Positions 46,751 to 56,892 of a stretch of 64,000 nt of DNA are shown one piece after another. The DNA lies in IMG/VR virus record IMGVR_UViG_3300044712_002706, positions 1 through 64,000 of that record. The stretch is one strand, 5' to 3'. This DNA is from a virus. A program made the position numbers and the translations under genes. How positions within the stretch are numbered: position 1 is the first letter of the stretch; each line of letters starts with the position of its first letter. The notes under the pieces were generated by a model. That model made no database searches. It was not told the DNA's origin and saw only the letters and a list, made by a program, of their open reading frames with translations.

Positions 46751-47449
46751 ATGCACGATACGCAACCCTGGGAGCGATTACCCGATGAGCCTGGCCCGTG
46801 GTTTCAGCGGTTCGAGCGGTTTCGGATTATGGCCGACCGCTCTGTTTTGGCCGCCTTCAATCAGTGGCGTCTCGCGAAGTCTCGCGGAGTCTCGCGCTCT
46901 GCGCCGAGATCGTGGAGAAGTGCGGCGGCCCGCTGGAGATGGTACGAACGGGCCGAAGCGTGGGATCAGCACGTGGCCGAAGAAGCGGCGCTGCGGGCCG
47001 AGGCCGAACGGATGGCAATCTATCAGAGCGGATATGCCCAGCGGCATGAGCGTGTGCGCAAGCTCAATGCCCTGGCCGAACTTCTTTTTACGGAAGTTGA
47101 AGACGAAACCAAGCGCTGGCTTGACGATGTCAAATCCATTGGACGGGGCGATTTTGCGCACGAAGTTGACATTGTGCGCTTCAATGCGCCACTTATTGAG
47201 CAAGCCCGTAAGACCCTCGACGACCTGGCGCGGGAGATGGGCGACCGGGTTCAGCGTCAGGAGCATTCCGGCCAAATCTCCGTGCCCGTGTTGGGCGGCG
47301 GTGATGTGAGCGCGATGGATGACGGCCAATTACGCGGTGCGCTCGGTACTATCAGCCGGATCGCCGGGGCGCTTGCGGCAGGAACGAGCCTACCAGCAGG
47401 CGATCCAGGTGATTCGGAAAGCGATCCAACAGGCGAAGACGAGGAATGA
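46751..47449 (+). CDS. Terminase small subunit
   Basis: PWER...E....F..F...RS...W.W.ERA.AWD pattern, upstream of TerL. Confidence 0.7.
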   Translation: MHDTQPWERLPDEPGPWFQRFERFRIMADRSVLAAFNQWRLAKSRGVSRSAPRSWRSAAARWRWYERAEAWDQHVAEEAALRAEAERMAIYQSGYAQRHERVRKLNALAELLFTEVEDETKRWLDDVKSIGRGDFAHEVDIVRFNAPLIEQARKTLDDLAREMGDRVQRQEHSGQISVPVLGGGDVSAMDDGQLRGALGTISRIAGALAAGTSLPAGDPGDSESDPTGEDEE

Positions 47450-48224
47450 GCTAACGCCTGAGATTGTAGCGGCGTATGCCGCCCTGCACCTTACCACAGA
47501 CGACAACGTACCCATCGAGCCGGCAGCGCACCACATTTTGTGGCTGCGCCTGTTGTGTGACGAACGCATCAAGAAGCTGCTGATTATTGCCCCGCCAGAA
47601 AGCGCCAAAACGACCTGGTTGCAGGCTTATCTGGGCTGCCGGTTGGGGTTCTGGCCTGAGCAGAGCATCATCATCGGTTCGGTGAGTGGGCCGGTGGCTG
47701 AAAAACGCTCGCTGAGCTTGCGGGCTATGGTAGACAATGCCACCTGGCAGGCGACCTTTCCGGGCATCCTGCCGGTGAAAGCGGCAGAGGGCCTGACCTG
47801 GGCAACGACTGAATGGAGCATGGCCCCCGGGGGCCGCCCGAGGTCGGGGCGCATCCACCCCAGCATTGCCAGTTATGGCACGGGTGGCAGCGTGATCGGC
47901 AGCCGTGCCGACTTCGTTCTGGGTGACGATTTGCTCGATATGCGAAACAGCCGCACTGCCCACCAGCGCGGACTGGTTGAAACCTGGTTTCACAGCTCGT
48001 TGCTGAGCCGACGCAAGAGCCGGGTTGGGCGGTCTGTGCTGATTGGAACGATGTGGCACCACGACGACCTGTACGCCAAAGCGCGGCGGGATGGTTCGTG
48101 GGTGGTGTGCCACGTGCCGCTTTTATCAGATGGGCCGGACGTGTATGCAGAGTTGAGCTACCCAGATAGCTGGCGTTATGAGCGCCTGGGTGAGCCGATT
48201 TCTCGGGCGGTGTTGGATGGCTGA
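47319..48224 (+). CDS. Terminase large subunit, ATPase part
   Basis: IIAPPESAKT Walker A, G.RAD....DD Walker B, IGT.WH.DDL. Confidence 0.85.
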   Translation: MTANYAVRSVLSAGSPGRLRQERAYQQAIQVIRKAIQQAKTRNELTPEIVAAYAALHLTTDDNVPIEPAAHHILWLRLLCDERIKKLLIIAPPESAKTTWLQAYLGCRLGFWPEQSIIIGSVSGPVAEKRSLSLRAMVDNATWQATFPGILPVKAAEGLTWATTEWSMAPGGRPRSGRIHPSIASYGTGGSVIGSRADFVLGDDLLDMRNSRTAHQRGLVETWFHSSLLSRRKSRVGRSVLIGTMWHHDDLYAKARRDGSWVVCHVPLLSDGPDVYAELSYPDSWRYERLGEPISRAVLDG

Positions 48225-48975
48225 GACACGCCGCTTATTACTGCACCGGAACGGGCCGGCCTTATGGCCTGAGCACAAGCCCCTCCACGAAGTGCTTGGC
48301 CTGATGAGTGAAACCCCGGAGACGGTCTGGGAAACCACCTACCAGGGAAACCCGACTCCGCCCGCGGGCACTGTCTTTCGCCGGGAGTGGTGGCGAGAGT
48401 CCAACCGCTACGACGCGGCGGATCGGTCGCATCTTGCGCAGTGTGTGGCCCGCTGGATTTCGTGGGACACCGGTCTGAAGGACGCCGACGGCAACGCTTA
48501 TACGGCTGGCGTGGTGGGCGAGTTGTGGCCCGATTACCGGATGGCCGTGCGTGAGATTTACCGGGAGCGTTTGCAGTTCCCGGATTTGCCGCCCAAGATT
48601 GAATGGCTTGCGCGCAAGCACAATGCCGATGGAAAACTGCGGGGAGTGATCATCGAAGACAAGGCGAGCGGCATCAGCGCTTATCAAACGCTGCGGGCAA
48701 GCGCAAATGACTGGCTGGCCGACATCTTGATCGCCTTCGAGCCAAACGGCGACAAGATTGTGCGGGCCAACCAGGCGGCGGTGTGGTGTAAGAATGGATG
48801 TGTTCTTTTACCCTGGCCGGGCATGAGCGTGCCCTGGCTGGTGGACTTTGAAGACGAGCTGTTCAACTTTCCGGGCAGTTCGTTCATGGATCAGGTGGAT
48901 GCCTTTGATCAACTGATCCTGTATACCGAGAACCTGCTGGCCGAGGGCTGGCGGGCAAGAAAAGGCAGTAACTAG
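48217..48975 (+). CDS. Terminase large subunit, nuclease part
   Basis: ALWPE, YQG.P, SWDT, IEDKASG, DK..RA and DQVDA motifs. Confidence 0.85.
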   Translation: MAETRRLLLHRNGPALWPEHKPLHEVLGLMSETPETVWETTYQGNPTPPAGTVFRREWWRESNRYDAADRSHLAQCVARWISWDTGLKDADGNAYTAGVVGELWPDYRMAVREIYRERLQFPDLPPKIEWLARKHNADGKLRGVIIEDKASGISAYQTLRASANDWLADILIAFEPNGDKIVRANQAAVWCKNGCVLLPWPGMSVPWLVDFEDELFNFPGSSFMDQVDAFDQLILYTENLLAEGWRARKGSN

Positions 48976-48984
48976 GAGGCCGAT

Positions 48985-49356
48985 ATGGCAAAGACTGTAC
49001 ATGACGATGTTTTGGATGGTGCCCTGGCAATCATCCGCGGCAACTGTAACCTGATGGTGGCGTGCAGCGCACAACCTACCACGCGGGCCGAGGCCGTGAC
49101 GACCTACGCCCTGGCCGACGTGGCGATGACGCCGACCACGGATTTCACAATCTCGGACGGCGACGTGAGCGGGCGCAAGGTACGAACGGCGGCCAAGAGC
49201 GGTGTGACCGTGGATGCCAACGGCACGGCCACCTACATTGCGCTGGTCGATGGTACGCGCCTGCTGGCCGTGACCACCTGCACCAGCCAGGTGCTGACGG
49301 CTGGCAATACGGTGGATTTCCCGGCCTTCGATTTCGAGATCGCAGACCCAACCTAA
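48985..49356 (+). CDS. Virion structural protein (fibre-associated)
   Basis: AGGAGG RBS; beta-rich; Thr/Ala/Gly composition. Confidence 0.55.
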   Translation: MAKTVHDDVLDGALAIIRGNCNLMVACSAQPTTRAEAVTTYALADVAMTPTTDFTISDGDVSGRKVRTAAKSGVTVDANGTATYIALVDGTRLLAVTTCTSQVLTAGNTVDFPAFDFEIADPT

Positions 49357-49368
49357 CAGGAGGCTGAT

Positions 49369-49656
49369 ATGGCCGCATTACCGACTGCATCACGCGTGCA
49401 AATCTGGCGCGGTCTGATGCGCTTTTGGTCTGAGTTACGGGAGACCGTGACTACCGTCACGAAGTCCGATCTGCAAGCTGCCGTGAACGCTGCCGATGAC
49501 TGGGTAGATGCCAATGCGGCTAGCTTCAACACGGCGCTGCCGGCCACGTTTCGCGCCAACGCCAGCACGTCACAAAAGTCTCTGCTATTGGTCGCTGTGG
49601 TGTTGATGCGCTTCAACGTCGAATTGCTCAAACGAGTGTTCGGGGAGGTGGACTGA
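49369..49656 (+). CDS. Hypothetical protein
   Basis: AGGAGG RBS. Confidence 0.6.
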   Translation: MAALPTASRVQIWRGLMRFWSELRETVTTVTKSDLQAAVNAADDWVDANAASFNTALPATFRANASTSQKSLLLVAVVLMRFNVELLKRVFGEVD

Positions 49657-50147
49657 TGGCCAATACACGCGCTGTATTTTCCGCATTGGCTGCTGTTTTC
49701 CCGGCGGCTAACTTTCCGCAGTTGCTGCTGGTCAATCGCCGTCCTGTGCTTGCCTTCGACGCTGGCACGGCGGAGACGTGCTATTTTGAGACCGTTGCCC
49801 CGCAAGGGCTAAACGGCACTCAAAATATGATCGTGCACTATTTTATGGCAAGCGCTACCAGTGGAAAAATTGACTTCGAAGTCGCCGTGGAATCGGTGAC
49901 GCCTGGTGATGCGCTCGACCTGGACGCGGCCGAATCGTTCGATACGGCGAATGGAATCACAGCCCCGACTGTGCCAGGCACAGCCGGGTACGAGTCGTCA
50001 TTCACATGCACGCTTACCAACGTGGATGGCATGGCGGCTGGAGACCACGTTCGTTTCTCGCTCAAACGAGATGCAACTGACGGCACGAACGACACAGCCA
50101 CCGGCGACTGCTACGTTTACAAGGTCGAGTGGAGAGACGCTGTATAA
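49656..50147 (+). CDS. Putative virion beta-sandwich protein
   Basis: GGAGG RBS; beta-rich. Confidence 0.55.
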   Translation: MANTRAVFSALAAVFPAANFPQLLLVNRRPVLAFDAGTAETCYFETVAPQGLNGTQNMIVHYFMASATSGKIDFEVAVESVTPGDALDLDAAESFDTANGITAPTVPGTAGYESSFTCTLTNVDGMAAGDHVRFSLKRDATDGTNDTATGDCYVYKVEWRDAV

Positions 50148-51950
50148 ATGGCAATTCGGTTTGACGCTCTAGCCGACTATATATACAGGACTACCAGCCT
50201 GCCATCGCTCACAACACATACCTGGATGGCCTGGGTCTATATTGCCGTAGACCAGAACGCCGCCAGCGATATGTGGTTGTTCCTGGATGGCGCAGGAGGG
50301 TATTTCACGCTCGGAACAGCGTCGGATGGAACCACATTACGAGTTGTCAGTTCGACGGTGTCGGAAACTACTGGAACTAACCTGTCAACCGGCACCTGGT
50401 ATCACATCGCCCTTGTAAAGAGCGGATCAAGTGTGTCGGTGTATGTAGACGGCAATCTTGACATCGGCAGAACGGAATCGGTGTCTTTTACGCCGGCTTA
50501 CATCGTCATGGGGTCAAACTCTGTCAGTCAATATCTCAACGGTCGAGTTGACGATGTAAAAATCTGGTCTGGTGTTGCACTGACCCAGGCTGAGATACAG
50601 CAGGAAATGGTTATTAAGCGGCTGGTGCGCACGGATGGCATCAACGGTTTTTATCCAACATTTCCCGGCGCAAGTGAACGCCTGCTGGATTACAGTGGTT
50701 TAGGTCGAAACTGGTCGGCAGGCGGCACGCTGACCGACGAAGACCCGCCACCAGTTAGTTGGGGAAGCCCTGACCCGATTGTACTTGTGGCCGTGGCGAC
50801 ATTGGTTGTCCAGGATGCAGCCAGCGCCAGCACGCTCGATAATGCCGCGCTGACCCAACACCATGCCCTGGCTATCGCCGACGGCGCAAGTGCATCGGCT
50901 CTGGACAATGCTGCACTGACACAGCACCACCATCTGGCTGTGGCGGATGCGGCCAGTGGTGCAGCCCTCGATGGTGTTGCTTTGACCCAACACCACGTGC
51001 TGACGATTGGTGATGCTGCCAGCGGGACGGCGCTCGATAATGCCGCCCTGACCCAGCACCACCGATTGGCGATCAACGACGCAGCCAGCGCCAGCACGTT
51101 GGATAATGCGGCGCTGACCCAGCATCATCAGATTGCTATTCAGGATGCCAGTAGCAGCACGACCCTGGATCAGGTCAGCCTTACCCAGCATCACCAATTA
51201 GCTGCCCAGGATGCGGGCAGCGCCAGTGCCCTCGATGGCGTAACGCTGGCCCAACACCATGTGCTGGCCGTCGCAGACGAAACCAGCGCGACGGCGTTGG
51301 ATAATGCCGATCTGACGCAGCACCACCATCTGACCGTAGCAGATGCGGAATGTCCATCAGCGTTGGATGGCGTATCCCTGGCCCAGCACCACGTGTTGGC
51401 GGTCGGAGATGCGACTTGCGGCACGGCCCTGGATAATGTCACCCTGGTGATTGCAGGGCAGCTTGTGGTGGATGATCTGACGGCTGCCACGGCCCTGGAG
51501 CCGGTCTCGCTAACTCAGCATCACACGTTGGCAATTAGCGATGCCGTAAGTGGCGCATCCCTGGACAATGTTACCCTGGCGGTCGCAGGCCATCTTGACG
51601 TAGACGAACTGGTATCTGCAACATCCCTGGACACAGTGACGCTCGCTCAGCAGCACCGGCTTGTGACCCAGGATATGGCGAGCGCATCCACCCTGGATAA
51701 TGTCACGCTCCTGGGCACCACCACCACCCTGGCGATTGATGATGCGGACTGTGCCACGACGCTCGAAACGGTTACGTTTGAGATAACGGTCATCGTCACG
51801 CTGTACGCTCGTGACCTGGCCGTGACGCTCGAAGAGCGCAACCTGGCCGCCACCTTTTACGCTCGCAACCTGGCTGAGACACTCGACGAGCGCAACCTGG
51901 ATGTCGATCTGCCGGGCCGACGCCTGGCATTCACACTGGAGGAACGATGA
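50148..51950 (+). CDS. LamG/concanavalin-domain protein with about 15 x 22-aa QHH repeats (fibre)
   Basis: WYHIALV...YVDG...NG.VDDVKIW LamG motif; tandem repeats. Confidence 0.8.
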   Translation: MAIRFDALADYIYRTTSLPSLTTHTWMAWVYIAVDQNAASDMWLFLDGAGGYFTLGTASDGTTLRVVSSTVSETTGTNLSTGTWYHIALVKSGSSVSVYVDGNLDIGRTESVSFTPAYIVMGSNSVSQYLNGRVDDVKIWSGVALTQAEIQQEMVIKRLVRTDGINGFYPTFPGASERLLDYSGLGRNWSAGGTLTDEDPPPVSWGSPDPIVLVAVATLVVQDAASASTLDNAALTQHHALAIADGASASALDNAALTQHHHLAVADAASGAALDGVALTQHHVLTIGDAASGTALDNAALTQHHRLAINDAASASTLDNAALTQHHQIAIQDASSSTTLDQVSLTQHHQLAAQDAGSASALDGVTLAQHHVLAVADETSATALDNADLTQHHHLTVADAECPSALDGVSLAQHHVLAVGDATCGTALDNVTLVIAGQLVVDDLTAATALEPVSLTQHHTLAISDAVSGASLDNVTLAVAGHLDVDELVSATSLDTVTLAQQHRLVTQDMASASTLDNVTLLGTTTTLAIDDADCATTLETVTFEITVIVTLYARDLAVTLEERNLAATFYARNLAETLDERNLDVDLPGRRLAFTLEER

Positions 51951-52261
51951 TAAATCAACGGGCGATTACGCAAGGCGAACTGGATCAAGGCGTATTAGAA
52001 CGCGTGGTCTATACCTGCACCGTCCCGGCGACCTGGGGAACGCCTGTCACTGCGACGTTTACGGCGTATGACATCACCACAGGCGACCCGGTCAACGTTA
52101 GCCAGGCTATTCTGGCTGGGGCCGGTACGGCGGTGGGCAGCGAAATTACCACGCCGGCGGTGCATAGCCTGACGCTGAACCACAAATACGAGCTGCATTG
52201 CACGTTTACCACGGCGACCAGCACACTCGATTTCATCATCCCGATCAAGGCGACGAGGTAG
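51947..52261 (+). CDS. Small Ig-like virion protein (putative fibre adaptor)
   Basis: ATGA overlap; beta-rich 104 aa. Confidence 0.5.
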   Translation: MINQRAITQGELDQGVLERVVYTCTVPATWGTPVTATFTAYDITTGDPVNVSQAILAGAGTAVGSEITTPAVHSLTLNHKYELHCTFTTATSTLDFIIPIKATR

Positions 52262-52263
52262 AT

Positions 52264-53076
52264 ATGCGTCATCTTTCTGAAAATATCTGGTTCAGTTGGC
52301 AGAACTTGAGCGAAAAGAAGCCAAAGCAGCCATTGTGGAAAAATGGCCGGGCATGGTTGCACATCGCCGAGAAGTGCGTCACGATTGAATGGAATGTTGG
52401 TAAAGGTTGGCCGTTGGCCCACATTAATATTGGCGGCGGAGATGGAGATAACAAAATCTCTTTATCTCTATCATTCCCGTTTATCGGTTTTTACCACATT
52501 GCCTTCGAAGGCTTTGTTCCGCGTAAATACTTCCCGAAGGTATACCGCAAAAACTACGCACACCCGGGCGAGATGTGGAACGCTCCGGTCGAACGCCAGA
52601 TCGGTATTTCTATCAATGACGGTTATGTGTTCATTTCGTTGTGGGAAAACCCCGATGAGTGGAATAAGACAGATCCGTGGTGGTGGAAATTCTCGTTCAA
52701 TCCGGCTGATATCATCCTGGGCCACCAGAAATACAGCGAGAAAGAGCTTCTGACAACAACGGAGATGATTCCGCTTCCAGAAGCGTCGTATGCTGCCACA
52801 GTACGTATCGTGGAGTCAAAGTGGAAACGACCTCGCTGGCCGTGGCCAATGCGCATGCTGCGGGCCAAGATTACGCCATCCAACCCAATCCCAACCCACG
52901 CAGGAAAAGGGGAGAATTCCTGGGATTTGGACGACGATTACCTATATGACATGACCTGCCAAGCGAACACGCCCAAAGAAGCTGCTCAAAAGGTCGCCGA
53001 CTCAGTTATGCGAGAGCGACGTCGGTATGGTTTACCAGATTGTCTGGAAGGAATTGGGTATGCGCCAAGTTTCTGA
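52264..53076 (+). CDS. Hypothetical Trp-rich protein
   Basis: GAGG RBS; lower GC. Confidence 0.6.
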   Translation: MRHLSENIWFSWQNLSEKKPKQPLWKNGRAWLHIAEKCVTIEWNVGKGWPLAHINIGGGDGDNKISLSLSFPFIGFYHIAFEGFVPRKYFPKVYRKNYAHPGEMWNAPVERQIGISINDGYVFISLWENPDEWNKTDPWWWKFSFNPADIILGHQKYSEKELLTTTEMIPLPEASYAATVRIVESKWKRPRWPWPMRMLRAKITPSNPIPTHAGKGENSWDLDDDYLYDMTCQANTPKEAAQKVADSVMRERRRYGLPDCLEGIGYAPSF

Positions 53077-53461
53077 TTGGATGCTCAAACACATACAAGA
53101 TGCCCGCTCTTTATTTGGCGTAGGCGGTGCCGAGTGGCACATCACGGCCAAGCTGACCGATAAGCCACTGGGCACCGATGAGTGCAACGGAAGCGTGACC
53201 GTAGATGCCACCTACCTGAACGCTACCATCGAGCTGCACGAAGACCTGGAAGACAACGATGTCGCCAGAGATTCTGTCTACCATGAGGTGCTGCACATCC
53301 CGCACGAGGAGATCGATCACCTGGTGGCCGGCATCATTGGCGAGCTGCCTGCCGATGTTCGGGATCGGTATGACACGCTTTATCACGAGACGGTGGAACG
53401 CTTCGTTCAGCGCGTGAGCCGTAGCATTTGCGCAGGATTGCGCAAGGAGTCCGACGAATGA
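53060..53461 (+). CDS. HExxH metallopeptidase-like protein
   Basis: YHEVLH motif followed by E. Confidence 0.5.
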   Translation: MRQVSDWMLKHIQDARSLFGVGGAEWHITAKLTDKPLGTDECNGSVTVDATYLNATIELHEDLEDNDVARDSVYHEVLHIPHEEIDHLVAGIIGELPADVRDRYDTLYHETVERFVQRVSRSICAGLRKESDE

Positions 53462-55065
53462 ACCTGTGGACACAGAACGCAAACACAACCTGGATTGCTG
53501 CCGAACTGGCCCGCCAGTCGGCCTACCAGCCCACGCCGGCGGCAATGTACATGATGCTGGAAATGTACTACAACAACAACGGCCTGTATGACGCCATCCA
53601 GCAAGAGCTGTATGCACAGGCCATCTGGACGCCCGGCATGAAGGGGCTGCGCAACCCGGCCCATCGGATTGTCGAGTTTTACCCGTCCAAAATCTGGCCG
53701 GGCACACTACCCGATGCGCTGCCCATCCTGACCGATAACCCGGAGATTGTCGAACCCATCCAGCAGGGCTGGACATGGTCGAACTTCGGGGCCAAGAAGC
53801 AATTGGCGGCCAGGTGGTTCTCGATGTTCGGGGATTGGTTCGTCAAAGTGCCAACGCATAGCGATTCCAATGGTGTGGTAGATCGGGTGTACCAGCAGCA
53901 AATCAAGCCTGAATACGTGACCGACTTCGACGAAGACGAGCGCGGCTTTATCAACTATATTCGCATCGACATTCCGATGTCGGAACGCGATGAAGCTGGT
54001 CAGACCGTTGTTTATACCCATACCGAAGTGTGGGATAAAGCGGCGGGAACTTACCGAACCTGGAAGAACGAGCAAGGGGCGTCGGCCAGCGTTGACCAGC
54101 TCGGCACTCCGGCGGTGTCGCGGGAGATCGCCGAGTTCGGCATTGATTTCGTGCCGTTTGTGCATGCGATGTTCCAGGACGTGGGAGACAAGCGCGGCGT
54201 TGGGGCCTTCGTGCATTCACTCGACAAGATCGACGAAGTGAACCGCCAGGCGACCCGGCTGCACCAGCTTATCTTCCGCTACAACAAAGCCACCTTGGTG
54301 GCATCGGCCAACGATAAGGACGCCCAGGGACGACCATTGCCAGCTCCTAAAATTGGCGATAGCGCCGGGAAGTTGGCGCTGGGCGACGATGATATCCTGC
54401 TGATGCCTGGCATGAGCAAGCTCGATAGCATGGTGCCGCCGATCAACTACGAAGCCCACCTGAAGGCCATCGATGCCCAGCTCGGTGAGCTGGAGACCGA
54501 CCAGCCCGAGCTGCTCTACTACCGCCTGAAGGAGATAGGCAGCGGTGACATATCTGGGCGGGCGCTGCGCACGCTGCTTTCGGCGGCCAATGATAAGGTG
54601 CTGGAAGCACGCGGCAACATGGAGACGGCGCTGATTCGGGCCGATCAGATGATGCTGACCATCGGCGTCAATGCTGGCCTGTTCCCGGCCAACATTGGCA
54701 AATACGAGAATGGCGACTTCGATCACCGCTTTGCCAATCGGGATGTGTTCCCGCTTTCAGATATTGACGTGGCCGAAGTGGTCAAGGCGGACGTGGACGC
54801 CGGCATCCCGCTGGTGACGTCATTGCGCAAGCGTGGCTGGAGCGAAGCCGATATCAAAGAGATGGAGAAAGATAAGGCAAAGGAAAAGAAAGCGAATGCG
54901 GCAAGCCTTGGCCAGGCGCTGCTGAATGCGCAGCGCAACTTCGACGCCGGCGGACAATCTTTGGATGACCCCGCAACAGGGAACCCTGCGGCGGGTAACG
55001 CTGCACGAGACGTAAACAGCACGGTAGGAAACGGCATCGTAGACGAGGCCGAAAACCATGCCTGA
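53458..55065 (+). CDS. Portal protein (SPP1-like)
   Basis: Size and position; FVPFVH and SG.AL motifs. Confidence 0.8.
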   Translation: MNLWTQNANTTWIAAELARQSAYQPTPAAMYMMLEMYYNNNGLYDAIQQELYAQAIWTPGMKGLRNPAHRIVEFYPSKIWPGTLPDALPILTDNPEIVEPIQQGWTWSNFGAKKQLAARWFSMFGDWFVKVPTHSDSNGVVDRVYQQQIKPEYVTDFDEDERGFINYIRIDIPMSERDEAGQTVVYTHTEVWDKAAGTYRTWKNEQGASASVDQLGTPAVSREIAEFGIDFVPFVHAMFQDVGDKRGVGAFVHSLDKIDEVNRQATRLHQLIFRYNKATLVASANDKDAQGRPLPAPKIGDSAGKLALGDDDILLMPGMSKLDSMVPPINYEAHLKAIDAQLGELETDQPELLYYRLKEIGSGDISGRALRTLLSAANDKVLEARGNMETALIRADQMMLTIGVNAGLFPANIGKYENGDFDHRFANRDVFPLSDIDVAEVVKADVDAGIPLVTSLRKRGWSEADIKEMEKDKAKEKKANAASLGQALLNAQRNFDAGGQSLDDPATGNPAAGNAARDVNSTVGNGIVDEAENHA

Positions 55066-56029
55066 CCCCCTGGTGGTAAGCATGGCTCAACAGTTTCGAG
55101 ACGCCCTCCTGCGCCGCGAGGCCGTCCAGATGCAGGAGATGGCGACGCGCTGGCTGCAGGTGGAGCGGGTTCTCGACCTGGCGTTTACAGCGCTGGCCTT
55201 CGAAGCCCAGACGAGCGGCCCGCTGAGCGAGGCGAAGCTGGCGAAGATGGAACGCTACCAGGCCATGTTGGCCCAGGTGCAAAGCGAACTGGCCCGCTAC
55301 AACCAGTATGCGGCCACGACGATGACGGCTGAGCAAGGAATGAACCTGACCCAAGGCATCGAGGACGGTAACGCTTTGCTGGCTGCTGCTGGGGCGACGC
55401 CTGGCTATCGGATTTCAATGGCGGCGGTGGAGTACGCTGCCGGCTTCGCCGGCGATGGCACGCCGCTGTATAAGCTCTTGCAGGACGGTTACGGGGAGAC
55501 GGCAGCGGCGATCACGCAGCAGCTCATCACGGGCGTGGCGATGGGGATCAACCCAATCGCCAACGCCCGCAGGATGCGGGATGCCTTCGGGATGTCTTTT
55601 GACCGCAGCTTGTTAATTGCCCGCACCGAGCAGATCAGGCCATACCGCATGGCGAGCCTGGGGCAATACAAGGAGAGCGGCGTAGTGGCCGGATATCGGC
55701 GGGTAGCAGCGAAAAGCCTGCGCACGTGCATCGCTTGCCTGATTGCCGATGGGCGGTTCTACCCGCTGGACGTTCCCTTCGAAGAGCATCCGCAAGGAAG
55801 ATGCACGCCGATCCCGGTAGTGATTGGGATGCCAGAGATTAAATACGAGACCGGCAAGACGTGGTTTTTGAAACAGGGCGATAACGTACAACGCCAACTG
55901 ATGGGTGCGGGGAAATTCTCCGCATGGAAGGATGGCAAATTCGACCTGGAGCAGATTGTCAAACTGCACGAGGATGAGACGTGGGGCAATAGCCTGGTGC
56001 CCACGCCGCTTGCCGATTTACTAGAATAA
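55058..56029 (+). CDS. Minor head morphogenesis protein (SPP1 gp7/Mu F-like)
   Basis: IARTE, RTC.AC...DG and HP.GRC motifs. Confidence 0.85.
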   Translation: MPDPLVVSMAQQFRDALLRREAVQMQEMATRWLQVERVLDLAFTALAFEAQTSGPLSEAKLAKMERYQAMLAQVQSELARYNQYAATTMTAEQGMNLTQGIEDGNALLAAAGATPGYRISMAAVEYAAGFAGDGTPLYKLLQDGYGETAAAITQQLITGVAMGINPIANARRMRDAFGMSFDRSLLIARTEQIRPYRMASLGQYKESGVVAGYRRVAAKSLRTCIACLIADGRFYPLDVPFEEHPQGRCTPIPVVIGMPEIKYETGKTWFLKQGDNVQRQLMGAGKFSAWKDGKFDLEQIVKLHEDETWGNSLVPTPLADLLE

Positions 56030-56038
56030 ATAATCTGC

Positions 56039-56141
56039 TATAATCAATTTAAGCCTACTATGCGTAGGCATTCGACCCTAGAGCACTGGGTATCCAGCGG
56101 GGTCGCTCACAGTTTATTCTGTGAGCGACCCCGCTTTTTTT
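56039..56141 (+). promoter_or_regulatory. Late leader 2: promoter plus antiterminator/terminator switch
   Basis: Extended -10 TGCTATAAT; same core as 44545-44643 with compensatory stem changes. Confidence 0.75.
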
Positions 56142-56190
56142 GTGCCCATTACGCCCCCGGGAGCGGCAATCTCGGAAAGGAAAATAGACG

Positions 56191-56877
56191 ATGTTGTTCA
56201 AGCCCAAATCAGGATTGTGGTTCGCACCCAGCACGGACAACGCCACCGGGACATCACCCGTTCAGACACCGGATACAACGCCGCCGGCTGAGCCAGGTGG
56301 GTCGAACGGCGGAGCAACTGGGCCACAAGCTACCGCGCCGGCGTCACCGGCGGCGACCGCCAAGCCGCTGACGTTTGAGAGCGAAGAGAAGCTGGAGAGA
56401 TACATCGAGGATGCTCTGAAAGAGCGCTTGGAGCGTGCACAGAAGAAGGCCGATAAACTGGCCGCAGAAGCCCGCGAGAAGGCCGAAGCCGATGCTGCCG
56501 TCAAAAACGGCGAGTGGCAGAAGTTGGCCGAAACACGCGAGAGCAAGCTCAAAGAACTTTCGGCGCAGCTCGAAACCATCCCCGGATTACAGACCAAAGC
56601 TGAGCGTTACGAGAAGGCACTCAACGCCTACCTGGCGACGCAGCGCTCTGGACTGCCAGCACACGTGACCGTGCTGCTGGATAAGCTCGACCCGGTGGAT
56701 CAGCTCGAATACATCGCCAAAAACCGTGAAGCGCTCAGCCAAAACGTGAGCATTGCGAACGCTGGCAGCGCCCACATCCCACCCACGCCCACTGCGGGAA
56801 ACCCAGGCCAGATCACATCTGAACAGATGAACCAGGCCCGGCAAGCGCAGCTGGCGCGGACAAAGAGTAATTTTTAG
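56191..56877 (+). CDS. Capsid scaffolding protein (copy B)
   Basis: Paralog of 1..666. Confidence 0.75.
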   Translation: MLFKPKSGLWFAPSTDNATGTSPVQTPDTTPPAEPGGSNGGATGPQATAPASPAATAKPLTFESEEKLERYIEDALKERLERAQKKADKLAAEAREKAEADAAVKNGEWQKLAETRESKLKELSAQLETIPGLQTKAERYEKALNAYLATQRSGLPAHVTVLLDKLDPVDQLEYIAKNREALSQNVSIANAGSAHIPPTPTAGNPGQITSEQMNQARQAQLARTKSNF

Positions 56878-56892
56878 TAACAGGAGTATTCC

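Noticed and set aside
50799-51790. CRISPR array
   Set aside because: The 66-bp repeats are degenerate, in-frame coding repeats without spacers; no cas genes
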